Shown: positions 9,173-18,223 of the stretch, in pieces
How positions within the stretch are numbered: position 1 is the first letter of the stretch
How the letters are laid out: each line of letters opens with the position of its first letter
Assembly: GCA_947473805.1 (NCBI GenBank)
Contig: CANJGB010000001.1
Location: forward strand, 103,413 to 167,412
Length of the DNA stretch: 64,000 bases
Source: Alphaproteobacteria bacterium
GTDB taxonomy: Bacteria > Pseudomonadota > Alphaproteobacteria > Ferrovibrionales > Ferrovibrionaceae
Direction: 5' to 3'
Made by a program: the position numbers and the translations under genes
Notes under the pieces: generated by a model
What the model saw: only the letters and a program-made list of their open reading frames with translations
The model's database searches: none
Told to the model about the DNA's origin: nothing

Positions 9173-9787
9173 TCAGGCCGCCTTGGCCAGTGCCTCGGCC
9201 TGCTGCGCGGCCTTCACGCCGGGGCGCGCGCCGACCCGCTCGTAATAGGCCTGCACCGCCGGCCACTTCGAAAGGTCGAACTTCATTCCCGCCGCCCAGG
9301 TCAGGATCGTGAACAGGTAGGCGTCGGCGACGGTGAACGTATCGCCCATCAGGTACTGCCTCTTCTCCAGCGCCTTGCCGAAGTAATCCAGCCGGGTCGC
9401 GATCAGGTCCTTGGCCATTTGCTTGCCTTCGTCCGGCATTTTCAGATTGAACAGCGGGCTAAACGCCTTGTGGAAATCGGACGCGATGTAGTTCAGCCAT
9501 TCCTGCAGGCGATAGCGTTCCATGGTGCCGGCGGCGGGGGCCAGCTTCGACTCAGGCTTGCGGTCGGCGAGGTACTGCACGATCGCCGCACCCTCGGTCA
9601 GGACCTGACCGTCATCCAGTTGCAGCGCCGGCACGGCGCCCTTCGGGTTGATGGCGCGGTAGTCGGCGCCGCTCTTCGTCTTCTTCGCGCCCAGATCGAC
9701 CTTCTCGGAGTCGAACGGCAGGCCCAGTTCGTAAAGCACGATATGGGGCGAGAACGAACAGGCGCCTGGAGAGAAATAGAGCTTCAT
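9173..9787 (-). CDS. glutathione S-transferase
   Basis: MKLYFSPGACSFSPHIVLYELGLPF...INPKGAVPALQLDDG is the bacterial GST N-terminal thioredoxin-like domain. ATG at 9787, so the longer ORF to 9973 is rejected. Confidence 0.9.
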   Translation of the reverse strand: MKLYFSPGACSFSPHIVLYELGLPFDSEKVDLGAKKTKSGADYRAINPKGAVPALQLDDGQVLTEGAAIVQYLADRKPESKLAPAAGTMERYRLQEWLNYIASDFHKAFSPLFNLKMPDEGKQMAKDLIATRLDYFGKALEKRQYLMGDTFTVADAYLFTILTWAAGMKFDLSKWPAVQAYYERVGARPGVKAAQQAEALAKAA

Positions 9788-9934
9788 GGGGCATCCTCTT
9801 TCTTGCTTCCGAAACGGAAGTAACTGCAGAATAGGAGGACAAGTGGCCGATTCGGTCAATCCCTTTCGGTCGTGTCCGGCGCCGGCGTGGCGCGAATTAT
9901 TGACGCAGGTTGTTCGACCCGAGGGTGTCCAGCA

Positions 9935-10315
9935 ATGGCGGTGAAGGCCACGAAGACGAAACGGTCGGCGCATCTGTGCCCCAGGTTCCAGGCTGCGATG
10001 GACGTGCTTGCCCGTCCGTGGAACGGGCTGATCCTGGCGTCGCTTGCGTCGGGGCCCACCCGCTTCTCGGCTTTGCGCGCCCGGGTCGAAGTCATGGGCG
10101 ACCGCATGCTGTCCAACCGGCTGAAGGACCTTGAGGCGCGCGGCCTCGTCAGCCGGCAGATCCTGCCCGGTCGGCCGGTCGGGGTCGAATATCGCCTGAC
10201 GCCGCTCGGCATCGGTTTCCGCGACGTCAGCACCGTCTTGTCCCGCTGGGGCGCCCGGATTGCGGCCGCCGAACCAGCCCTGACAAGGGCTCGAAAACGG
10301 GCCAGATCCCCATGA
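9935..10315 (+). CDS. HxlR family transcriptional regulator
   Basis: CPRFQAAMDVLARPWNGLILASL...RFSALRARVEVMGDRMLSNRLKDLEARGLVSRQ...VEYRLTPLG is the HxlR signature. Divergent from the GST gene. Confidence 0.87.
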   Translation: MAVKATKTKRSAHLCPRFQAAMDVLARPWNGLILASLASGPTRFSALRARVEVMGDRMLSNRLKDLEARGLVSRQILPGRPVGVEYRLTPLGIGFRDVSTVLSRWGARIAAAEPALTRARKRARSP

Positions 10316-10490
10316 TTTCGGCCATTTGTGCCGTGAAAACAGGCAGCCTGCCCGGCCCGGTGTCGGCGCCGCGCGGCATTAGCGGGTTCGTAACGGAAAA
10401 TGGCCAAACTGCGGGTGGCATGCGGCTTGCTGGGAATTACAGCGCCGGGACCTCGTTCTGTCGAATGGGCAGCCCGGCACGGAGGTAGCG

Positions 10491-11819
10491 ATGCTCTACT
10501 TGATGCATGAGATGCAGCACCTGGCGCTGATGCCGGCTCGCCTGATGGCGAAGACGTACGGACGGATGTTGGGCAACCCGTTCAACCCGTTGTCTCACAC
10601 GCCGGTCGGGAAACACATCTCATCCGCCGCGAACGTGTTCGAGCAGCTCACCCGCCGTTACGGCAAGCCATCATGGGACCTGCCCGAGACCATGGTTGAC
10701 GACGTCGCTGTCCGCATCGAGGAAGAAGTCGTCATCAAGCGGACCTATTGCGACCTGGTGCACTTCAGGCGCGACGTCGAGGGCCGCAAGGACCCGAAGC
10801 TTTTGATCGTCGCGCCGATGTCGGGCCATTATGCGACGCTGCTGCGCGGCACCGTCGAGGCTATGCTGCCCGACCACGAGGTCTATATCACCGACTGGAA
10901 GGACTGCCGGTACATCCCCGTCACGTCTGACCGCTTCAACCTCGGCGACTATATCGACTACGTGATGGATTTCCTGCACTTCCTCGGGCCCAACACGCAT
11001 GTTATCGCGGTGTGCCAGCCAGCCGTGCCGGTCTTCGCCGCGGTCTCGATCATGTCCAACTGGGGCGATCTCTGCACCCCCTCCAGCATGACCTTGATCG
11101 GCGGCCCCATCGACACGCGCGAGAATCCGACCGCCGTGAACAAGCTGGCCCTCGAACATCCCATTGAGTGGTTCGAGGAAAAGGTCATCTCGGTCGTGCC
11201 GCCGCCCTATCCCGGCATGATGCGCAAGGTCTATCCGGGTTTCCTGCAGCTGACCAACTTCGTTTCGATGAACCTTGAGCGCCACATGTCGTCTTTCGGC
11301 GACCTGTTCGATCACCTTGTTCGCGGCGACGAAGAAGCCGCGGCGCAGAAGCGCGCCTTTTACGACGAGTATCTTTCTGTCATGGACCTGCCGTCGGAGT
11401 TTTACCTGCAGACGGTGAAGACAGTGTTCCAGGATCATTCCTTGCCCAAGGGCGAAATGATGGCCCGCTGGCACCCGGTTGAGCCGCAGAAGATCACCCG
11501 CACCGCCCTGATGTGCGTCGAGGGCGAGCTGGACGATATCTGCGGCGTCGGACAGACCAGCGCGGCGCTGAAGCTGACGACCGATCTGTCGAGCGACAAG
11601 AAGAACTATTACATGCAGGTCGGCGCCGGCCATTACGGCGTGTTCAACGGCGGCAAGTGGCGGCGCGAGATAGCCCCGCGCATCAAAGCCTTTATCCGCG
11701 AGCATGACCTCGAGGTCGGCACCAAGCGCGACAAGTCTTTTGCGGTGAAGTTCGCGCCGAAACGGCGCACGGGCCGCGACTTCGACGTCGCCACCGACCG
11801 TCCGCTGCGGCTCGCGTGA
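10491..11819 (+). CDS. phaZ: intracellular polyhydroxyalkanoate depolymerase
   Basis: The N-terminus MLYLMHEMQHLALMPARLMA and the length (442 aa) are typical of PhaZ-type PHB depolymerase. GGAGG lies upstream. Confidence 0.85.
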   Translation: MLYLMHEMQHLALMPARLMAKTYGRMLGNPFNPLSHTPVGKHISSAANVFEQLTRRYGKPSWDLPETMVDDVAVRIEEEVVIKRTYCDLVHFRRDVEGRKDPKLLIVAPMSGHYATLLRGTVEAMLPDHEVYITDWKDCRYIPVTSDRFNLGDYIDYVMDFLHFLGPNTHVIAVCQPAVPVFAAVSIMSNWGDLCTPSSMTLIGGPIDTRENPTAVNKLALEHPIEWFEEKVISVVPPPYPGMMRKVYPGFLQLTNFVSMNLERHMSSFGDLFDHLVRGDEEAAAQKRAFYDEYLSVMDLPSEFYLQTVKTVFQDHSLPKGEMMARWHPVEPQKITRTALMCVEGELDDICGVGQTSAALKLTTDLSSDKKNYYMQVGAGHYGVFNGGKWRREIAPRIKAFIREHDLEVGTKRDKSFAVKFAPKRRTGRDFDVATDRPLRLA

Positions 11820-11826
11820 GGGGCGT

Positions 11827-13002
11827 CTAGCCGCGCGCCAGCAGGCGGTGGCTGACGAAGGCGATCGCCGAACAGCCGGCCATGACCAGCGCCATCGACA
11901 GGCCGCTGGTCGCCGGCATCGTCGCCAGGATTGCGCCGGCGCCCGCGCCCGCCACGAACGGCGCCGTGCCGATCAGGGCTGAGGCACTGCCGGCGTGGGC
12001 CGGCTCGCCCTGCAGGGCGCACGCCATCGCGTTTGGCATGATCATGCCCAGGCTGGCAATGGCGAGGAACAGCGGCACGAACAGGACCGCAAGGCCACCC
12101 TTGCCCAGCAGGGCAATGGCCACCAGCAACAGCAGCATGCACAGGTTGAAGGCCACGCCCACGGACAATAGCTGGCGGAAGTTGTACCGTCGCAGCAGCA
12201 CCCGGTTCACCTGCGACATGCCGATCAGGCCGGCGGCATTCGCGCCGAAGAGCCAGCCGAATGATTCCGGCGGCACCTCGTACAGTTCGATGAACAGGTG
12301 CGACGACGCGGTGATGTAGACGAACAACGCCGCCATGGCGAAGCCCGTGGTCAGGCAATAGCCGACGAAGCGCTTCTCCGACAGCAATTGCTTGTAGACC
12401 CTCAGCGCATGCACGATGCCGCCATCGCCGCGTTTTTCCGGTGGCCAGGTCTCCGGCAGGTAAAGCGCCACCGCCACCATGCAGGTCAGGCCGAACAGGC
12501 CCAGGAACCAGAAAATCTCCTGCCAGCCAAACCACAGCAGGATGTACCCGCCCAGCAGCGGCGCCAGGATGGGCGCGGCGCCCATGACCAGCGTCAGCAG
12601 CGAGAAGACGCGCGCCAGTTCCTGGCCGCCCGCCAGGTCGCGCGCCGCGGCGCGGGCGATCACCACCCCGGCACAACCGCCCAATGCCTGGATGAAGCGG
12701 AACGCGACCAGTGTGTTTACGTCGGGCGCATAGATGCACCCCAGCGTCGCCAGCAGGAAGATGGTGAGGCCCGCATAAAGCGGCGGCTTGCGCCCGAACC
12801 GGTCGGCGAGGGGTCCGTAAAAGGCTTGGCCGATGGCGAGGCCGGCGAAAAAGGCCGAGAGCGTCAGCTGTACCGAGGCGGCGGGCGCGTTCAGCGACCG
12901 CTGCATCGCCGGCAGGCTGGGAAGATACATGTCGATGCACAGCGGCGCGAAGGCCGTCAGGGCGCCGAGAAGGACAATTCGGCCGGGATTCAATCGAGAC
13001 AA
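11827..13002 (-). CDS. MFS transporter, Bcr/CflA drug-resistance subfamily
   Basis: 12-TM pattern with LCIDMYLPSLPAM and GPLADRFGRKPPL motifs. TTG start at 13002. Confidence 0.85.
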   Translation of the reverse strand: MSRLNPGRIVLLGALTAFAPLCIDMYLPSLPAMQRSLNAPAASVQLTLSAFFAGLAIGQAFYGPLADRFGRKPPLYAGLTIFLLATLGCIYAPDVNTLVAFRFIQALGGCAGVVIARAAARDLAGGQELARVFSLLTLVMGAAPILAPLLGGYILLWFGWQEIFWFLGLFGLTCMVAVALYLPETWPPEKRGDGGIVHALRVYKQLLSEKRFVGYCLTTGFAMAALFVYITASSHLFIELYEVPPESFGWLFGANAAGLIGMSQVNRVLLRRYNFRQLLSVGVAFNLCMLLLLVAIALLGKGGLAVLFVPLFLAIASLGMIMPNAMACALQGEPAHAGSASALIGTAPFVAGAGAGAILATMPATSGLSMALVMAGCSAIAFVSHRLLARG

Positions 13003-13145
13003 GATGCCGCCATAACCTATTAGGGCGGGCTTTCACCTGCCGGTTGGCAGTCTATGTCAGGACCGGAACTGTTCGCACGCAACTTATCGTGAAGTGGCGC
13101 TGGAAACCTCTTGCGCGAGCCCTGCCGGAATGGGAAGGCTTCGCT

Positions 13146-13856
13146 ATGAGCGCCTTTTCCGGCCTGACTGACTGGTTCGACGACCTGCGCACCGCGCTCG
13201 CGGTGCTGACTCGCCTGCCCATGCCTCATCCGGATGCAGGCCACGCCCAGCATCCGGTCCGCGCCGGGCGGGTCTTTCCGCTCGTCGGTGCCCTGATCGG
13301 GGGCATTGTCGGCGTCGTTTACGACGCGCTGCTGAACTTCACGGTCCCTGACCTCGCCGCCGCCAGCCTCGCGCTCGGCGCCGGATGCGTGCTGACCGGT
13401 GCCATGTATGAACGCGGCCTTGCCGCGACAGCCGACCAGGGCCAGACCACGCTCGGCACGGCGGGGCTCATGGCGCTTCTGGTTGCCTTCGGGGCGAAGC
13501 TCGGCGTCCTCACCTCATTGCCGATCCACGGTACGCTGGCCACGCTGGTCACGGCCCATACTCTGGCCCGGATGCCGCTGCCGGCACTGGCGGCGTGGCT
13601 GCCGGGCGATGATTCGGCCGAGGTGCCGGCCCCCGATGTGGTCGTGGCGTCTCTCGCCTTCGGCGCGCTGATCGCCCTGTTGTTGCTGCCCTTCGGCCCG
13701 GCCCTCACGGCTTTGATCGCCGCATTGCTGGCAGCAACCGGCGCCGCCTGGTGGGCGAGGCGGACGGGCGCGCGTCCCGAGGACGCGCTTGCGGCGGCCG
13801 AACAGGCGGCGGAAATCGCCGTCATGCTGACGGTCGTCGCGATCTGGTCCGAATAG
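13146..13856 (+). CDS. cobS: adenosylcobinamide-GDP ribazoletransferase (cobalamin synthase)
   Basis: FDDLRTALAVLTRLPMP N-terminal motif and a polytopic hydrophobic body. ATG at 13146. Confidence 0.7.
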   Translation: MSAFSGLTDWFDDLRTALAVLTRLPMPHPDAGHAQHPVRAGRVFPLVGALIGGIVGVVYDALLNFTVPDLAAASLALGAGCVLTGAMYERGLAATADQGQTTLGTAGLMALLVAFGAKLGVLTSLPIHGTLATLVTAHTLARMPLPALAAWLPGDDSAEVPAPDVVVASLAFGALIALLLLPFGPALTALIAALLAATGAAWWARRTGARPEDALAAAEQAAEIAVMLTVVAIWSE

Positions 13857-13859
13857 CGT

Positions 13860-14324
13860 TCAGTGGCCCTTGTGGGTGCCCGGCGTGGCGCCCGCCTTTT
13901 CCACCATCACCTTGATATCGACCGCACCAGCCCGTTCGAACACCAGTGTCAGTGGCATTTCATCGCCGGCTTTTAGCGGTGCCTTCAGGCCCAGCAGCAT
14001 GACATGCAGGCCGCCCGGCGCCAGCGTTACCGTCTGGCCAGGCGGCACATCGATGACCTGCACGGGGCGCATGCGCATCACGTCGCCGTCCTGCATCGTC
14101 GCGTGCATCTCGGCCCGGTCAGCGAAACCGCCGCCGACCTTGATGCCGGTCAGCCTGTCGGGCGCATCGCCCTTGTTGGTTACGGCGAAATAGGCGACGC
14201 CGGTGCGCCCCGTGCTGGGGCGCGAGGCCGGGTGACCGATTTCCAGCGTGCCGGCCCTGTAGTCGTGGGCCAGGCTTGCGGTGGCGCCGAGCATCAGCAG
14301 CACGGCAATGGCGATGGATCGCAT
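13860..14324 (-). CDS. copper chaperone PCu(A)C (DUF461)
   Basis: Signal peptide, then AYFAVTNKGDAPDRL...AEMHATMQDGDVMRMRPV...GGLHVMLLGLK (H-x-M-x-M copper motif). GGAGG lies upstream of the ATG at 14324. Confidence 0.87.
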   Translation of the reverse strand: MRSIAIAVLLMLGATASLAHDYRAGTLEIGHPASRPSTGRTGVAYFAVTNKGDAPDRLTGIKVGGGFADRAEMHATMQDGDVMRMRPVQVIDVPPGQTVTLAPGGLHVMLLGLKAPLKAGDEMPLTLVFERAGAVDIKVMVEKAGATPGTHKGH

Positions 14325-14334
14325 GGATACCTCC

Positions 14335-15846
14335 TCAGGGTTTGATGTCGATATCGGTCTCGAATACCAGCCGGTCGAAATCGGTGACCAGCATCTCGAC
14401 GCGGAATAGCCAGCGGCCGGCAACCGCAAGCTCGGGTCCCGTCAGGCGATAGCGACCGTTCGCCACCTTTTCCGGTTGGCGGAGAATCGGCTCGATGCCC
14501 GCCGACGATTGCGCCAGAAACAGGCTGACCTCAAGGGGCGTCACGACACGACCCGCCGTGTCGCTGAACGTCAGTTCTATGGTGTTGCGGCCGGCCCGCC
14601 CCGGATCGATCTCGATCAGGACCTGGCGGTCGCGCGCACTGGTCACGACCGCGATGCCGGCGGCCGCTTCTCCTGCCCCGTGCGCGTGGCCCTCATGCAG
14701 GTTCAGCGCGCGCGGTGGCGGTGTCTGTCCCAGCAGGACGGTGGTTTCGCCGCGCGCCAGTTCGGGCGTCAACCGCCACTTGTTCCAGGCAGCCAGCAAC
14801 AACAAAGCCGCAACGAGACCCAGCTTCACCAGCAGCGTGCGGCCATAGTCCGTGTCCACCAGCGGCGCCCAGCCGCGTACCTGGTTGGCCGCGATTGCGG
14901 CGCCGCTTGCCACCAGCAACGCGACGGCGACACCGGCCAGAACCGAGAACCGCCTGACGATGGCAACGGCATCCGGTCGCGCCAGCGCCCGGTCTAGTGG
15001 CCACAGCGCGCCGAGCCAGAACGCCACGCACAGTGCATGGACAAAAATCGCCGGCGTGGTGACCCAGCGCGGCTGGGCGGTCGCGGCGTGTCCCGTCAGG
15101 GCGACGGCGCCGACGGCGATGATCGCGCCTGACAGCACCACCGGGGTTGATCGCCGCCCCAGCAGCATGGCCGCCAGGCCCACTATGGTCAGGCCGATGC
15201 TCTGGCCCAGTGTCGTTGAGGCGCCGACGCGCCACGACTCAACGCTGGCCAGCGCACCGGCCGGCAAGTCTGCGAGCGCCAGGCCCTGCAGACCGATGCG
15301 GGCAGCCCCAGTCACGATGGCCAACGCCGCGGCACCAGAAAGCACACGACCGGCGGGCGTCCCCGCATTGACCAGCACAATAAAAAGAGCGCTCCCGGCG
15401 GCGACAAATAGACTGGCATAGAAAAGCGCGCGGTTCAGTGCCGCAACCCATGACAGTCGATCCCCGTCGTGATGCCCCGCAACGTGCGCCTGGCCTTCGG
15501 CTGTGGGCCCGATGCCAATGCCGAACTGCACGCTGCCGGCCACCGGGTGCGAATCGGCCGAGGTAACGCGATAGCTGACGATGTAGAGGCCGGCCGACAG
15601 GTTGGCTGGCACCGGCAAGGTCACCGTGCTGTCCGTTGCTGTCGCTGCCGGTCCGGCTACTGTTTGGCCCTGGGCATCGATGAGGCGCACGGCAATTGCA
15701 TCGACCGGCTCGTTGAAGCGCGCGCGGATTTCCGCCGGCGCGGCGTCAAGCCGCATCCCATCGCCGGGCTGTGTATCCAGCAGCACGGCGTGCGCCCATG
15801 CGGGCGCCGCGGCAAGCCACAACAGCAGAATCAGGAAATGTCGCAT
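14335..15846 (-). CDS. fused copper resistance protein CopC/CopD with a C-terminal beta-rich domain
   Basis: Signal peptide plus HAVLLDTQPGDG (CopC start), a polytopic CopD-like core, and a soluble C-terminal domain of about 110 aa. ATG at 15846. Confidence 0.85.
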   Translation of the reverse strand: MRHFLILLLWLAAAPAWAHAVLLDTQPGDGMRLDAAPAEIRARFNEPVDAIAVRLIDAQGQTVAGPAATATDSTVTLPVPANLSAGLYIVSYRVTSADSHPVAGSVQFGIGIGPTAEGQAHVAGHHDGDRLSWVAALNRALFYASLFVAAGSALFIVLVNAGTPAGRVLSGAAALAIVTGAARIGLQGLALADLPAGALASVESWRVGASTTLGQSIGLTIVGLAAMLLGRRSTPVVLSGAIIAVGAVALTGHAATAQPRWVTTPAIFVHALCVAFWLGALWPLDRALARPDAVAIVRRFSVLAGVAVALLVASGAAIAANQVRGWAPLVDTDYGRTLLVKLGLVAALLLLAAWNKWRLTPELARGETTVLLGQTPPPRALNLHEGHAHGAGEAAAGIAVVTSARDRQVLIEIDPGRAGRNTIELTFSDTAGRVVTPLEVSLFLAQSSAGIEPILRQPEKVANGRYRLTGPELAVAGRWLFRVEMLVTDFDRLVFETDIDIKP

Positions 15847-15887
15847 GGCGATCTGCCGCCCGTCGCTGGGACGGGCGGCATTCCGGC

Positions 15888-16409
15888 CTAGGGCTTCGGC
15901 GTCAGAACGAGACGCGCGGCCGGCGACTTCAAGTCGTCCGCCGACTTGCCGGCCGCCGGAATCTCGATCCAGCGGTTCGCGCCCTTTTCGCATTCCTGCA
16001 CGACGGGAAACCAAATCTCGCCGGTACGGTCCGGAAGGGTAAGGCGCGCGGTGAACTGGTCGAAATGCTCGTCCAGCAACTTGCCGCCGCTCCACGTCAC
16101 TTCGGTTACGCCCTCGGTGATGGTCTTGCCATGATCCATGTAGGGCTCAGCCAGCTTTCCCTTGACGACGGTGACTTCCCAGCCCGGCTTGGGCATGGGC
16201 TTCACGCCGACGACGCCGGCGGGGATCTGGATGCGGATTTTCGTGGTCGGCGAGCCCTCGCAGCCGTGGCCGACATTGAACACGGCTTTGTAGGTGCTGG
16301 CGGCGGGCGCCTGCCTTGCCTCCAGGGTGACGTGGGCGCTGGCGATGTGGGCAGTGGCGATGACGGCGAGCGCGGCGATACCTGCCGCGTGCAGAGTGAT
16401 GCAGTTCAT
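15888..16409 (-). CDS. YcnI family copper-binding protein (DUF1775)
   Basis: Signal peptide ending ASAHVTLE, then STYKAVFNVGHGCEGSPTTKIRIQIP...GVKPMPKPGW. Confidence 0.85.
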   Translation of the reverse strand: MNCITLHAAGIAALAVIATAHIASAHVTLEARQAPAASTYKAVFNVGHGCEGSPTTKIRIQIPAGVVGVKPMPKPGWEVTVVKGKLAEPYMDHGKTITEGVTEVTWSGGKLLDEHFDQFTARLTLPDRTGEIWFPVVQECEKGANRWIEIPAAGKSADDLKSPAARLVLTPKP

Positions 16410-16476
16410 GAGTGAACGCTCCTGTGACGTCTGATTCGAATGCGCCGGCCCGGGCGGGGCCGGCATGAAACGGAAT

Positions 16477-16842
16477 TCAGGCGTGGAGCGGGGGACCTCG
16501 GGCGTGGCGCGTGGTGGCCGCATGGCTTGGCGGCAGATCCGGGGCCCAGGAAATATTGACCACCTGCGCCGCCGCCAGACGGGCAGGGATTGCCAGCGGT
16601 GCGGCGGGAATGACCGGCGCATGCAGGATGCCGTCGCAGCGCGGGCACGAGAATTTCAGGTCTTCCTTGGCCGGCTCGCTGCCATCGGCATTGACGGCCT
16701 TCAGACCGTCTGCAGTACAGATGACCAGGTGGTCGCCCAGCTGGCCGGTGGTCGCCTGCGCCGGAATCGCCAGCGGCAGCAGCAGCTGGAAGATCAGCGC
16801 GTAAAGCGCAATCCAGGCACGACGATGCGGCGCGGTCGACAT
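16477..16842 (-). CDS. small membrane-anchored Cys-containing protein, DUF2946-like
   Basis: N-terminal TM WIALYALIFQLLLPLAI, then HLVICTADG and FSCPRCDG. The position next to ycnI/copCD fits DUF2946-type genes. This family recall is from memory. Confidence 0.5.
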   Translation of the reverse strand: MSTAPHRRAWIALYALIFQLLLPLAIPAQATTGQLGDHLVICTADGLKAVNADGSEPAKEDLKFSCPRCDGILHAPVIPAAPLAIPARLAAAQVVNISWAPDLPPSHAATTRHARGPPLHA

Positions 16843-16933
16843 GGCGCGACAATAGAACCCAAGCCGCGGCGTGGCAATAAAGCCGTCCTCGACCGTTTGT
16901 CTTTCGTCTCCGTTGTTCTACTGTCGCGCCATG
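16840..16933. repeat. 19-bp inverted repeat (1 mismatch) bracketing a 56-nt spacer and including both divergent ATG codons
   Basis: CATGGCGCGACAATAGAAC at 16840-16858 versus the reverse complement of GTTCTACTGTCGCGCCATG at 16915-16933. Confidence 0.7.
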
Positions 16934-18163
16934 TTAGATCGTATCCACCACCTGCTCGCGGGCGAAAGCCTGCCCAGCGAAACACCCGAGGCGCAGCTTG
17001 GCGAGTGTTGCCGCGTCGCCCTCATCCTGCAGGGTGGCGGTGCGCTGGGGGCGTTTCAGCCCGGCGCCTACGAAGCGTTGCACGAAGCCAATTACCGGCC
17101 CGACTGGGTGGCCGGCATTTCCATCGGTGCGATCAACGCCGCCCTGATCGTCGGCAATCCGCCCGAACACCGCGTCGCCCGCTTGCGCGCATTCTGGGAG
17201 GAAATAACCAACGACCGCGTCTGGGCGCCTGCAGACCTTGCGGTCGAGCCGTGGCGGCGCTGGCTTAATTTCCTCTCCGCCGGCAACACCGTGGCCTTCG
17301 GGCAGCCAAATTTCTTCCGCCCGCGCCCGATGAACCCCTGGCTGGTGCAATCGGGTGGCGATGACGCCACGTCGTGGTACGACACCGGGCCCTTGCGCGA
17401 AACCCTGCTGCGCCTCGTCGATTTCGACCTCATCAACAAGGGGCCGGTCCGTCTCTCGGTCGGTGCGGTCGAAGTCGAGACCGGCAACCTGTCTTACTTC
17501 GACAGCAAGGACCGCCGCCTTGGGACCGAACACATCATGGCCTCTGCAGCCTTGCCACCGGGATTTCCGCCGATCGAGATCGACGGGCGCAAGTGGTGGG
17601 ATGGCGGCATCGTGTCGAACACGCCGCTTGCCGCGGTGCTGGGTGACGAAGACGGCATCAATACGCTGTGCTTCCAGGTCGACCTGTTTCCGTCGCGTGG
17701 CAAGACGCCTGAAACCATGGCCGACGTCGAGCAGCGCCGGAAAGACATCCAGTATTCCAGCCGCACGCGCCTCAACACCGATGCTTACCGCACGTTCTAC
17801 AATCTCAGTGCGCAGATCCAGACCCTGCTCGCGGCGCTGCCGCCCGCGGTCCGCCGAAATCCCGACCTGGCCGAGATCGTCGGCCGGCCGTCGCTCGGCA
17901 AGATGCACATCGCGCACCTGATCTATCGGCCGCAAGCGCATGAACTGGACAGCAAGGACTATGAATTTTCCCGCACCTCGATGCGCGAGCACTGGGCGAA
18001 CGGCCTGCACGACACGCGGCACGGCCTGAAGAAGCCGCACTGGCTCGACCGCCTGCCGCCTGGCCAGGGCCTTGCGGCCTACGACCTCACCGCCGGCATC
18101 GATCCGAAGCCCGCCGAGGCACAGGAACCGGCGGCGGCTCCCGGAAAGCCCAGCAAGGCGTAG
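16931..18163 (+). CDS. patatin-like phospholipase family protein
   Basis: LILQGGGALGAF (oxyanion G-G-G-x-x-G) and GISIGAINAA (G-x-S-x-G), plus a long C-terminal extension. ATG at 16931. Confidence 0.87.
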   Translation: MLDRIHHLLAGESLPSETPEAQLGECCRVALILQGGGALGAFQPGAYEALHEANYRPDWVAGISIGAINAALIVGNPPEHRVARLRAFWEEITNDRVWAPADLAVEPWRRWLNFLSAGNTVAFGQPNFFRPRPMNPWLVQSGGDDATSWYDTGPLRETLLRLVDFDLINKGPVRLSVGAVEVETGNLSYFDSKDRRLGTEHIMASAALPPGFPPIEIDGRKWWDGGIVSNTPLAAVLGDEDGINTLCFQVDLFPSRGKTPETMADVEQRRKDIQYSSRTRLNTDAYRTFYNLSAQIQTLLAALPPAVRRNPDLAEIVGRPSLGKMHIAHLIYRPQAHELDSKDYEFSRTSMREHWANGLHDTRHGLKKPHWLDRLPPGQGLAAYDLTAGIDPKPAEAQEPAAAPGKPSKA

Positions 18164-18171
18164 GCCCAAAC

Positions 18172-18203
18172 AAAAGGGGCGCCCAAACAGGCGCCCCTTT
18201 TTT
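18172..18203. terminator. bidirectional intrinsic terminator
   Basis: AAAA-GGGGCGCC-CAAACA-GGCGCCCC-TTTTTT between the convergent patatin and sdhB genes. Confidence 0.75.
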
Positions 18204-18223
18204 CTGTGTCCTTGGCGCGGGGA

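Noticed and set aside
9788-9973. Upstream extensions of several tracked ORFs (GST to 9973, CopCD to 16095, YcnI to 16622, PCuAC to 14429, CcmB to 59051, CcmH to 53110, ABC-6TM to 25097, LivK-like to 32804)
   Set aside because: In each case an internal ATG sits directly before a signal peptide or a conserved N-terminus, often with a GGAGG-type RBS or a stop/start overlap with the upstream gene. The extensions are Arg/Gly/Pro-rich and overlap neighbouring genes.
13003-13145. Cobalamin riboswitch upstream of cobS
   Set aside because: I could not find a B12 box (AGYCMGG-AGACCKGCC-like) or the GCCACTG core. The region is short and unremarkable.
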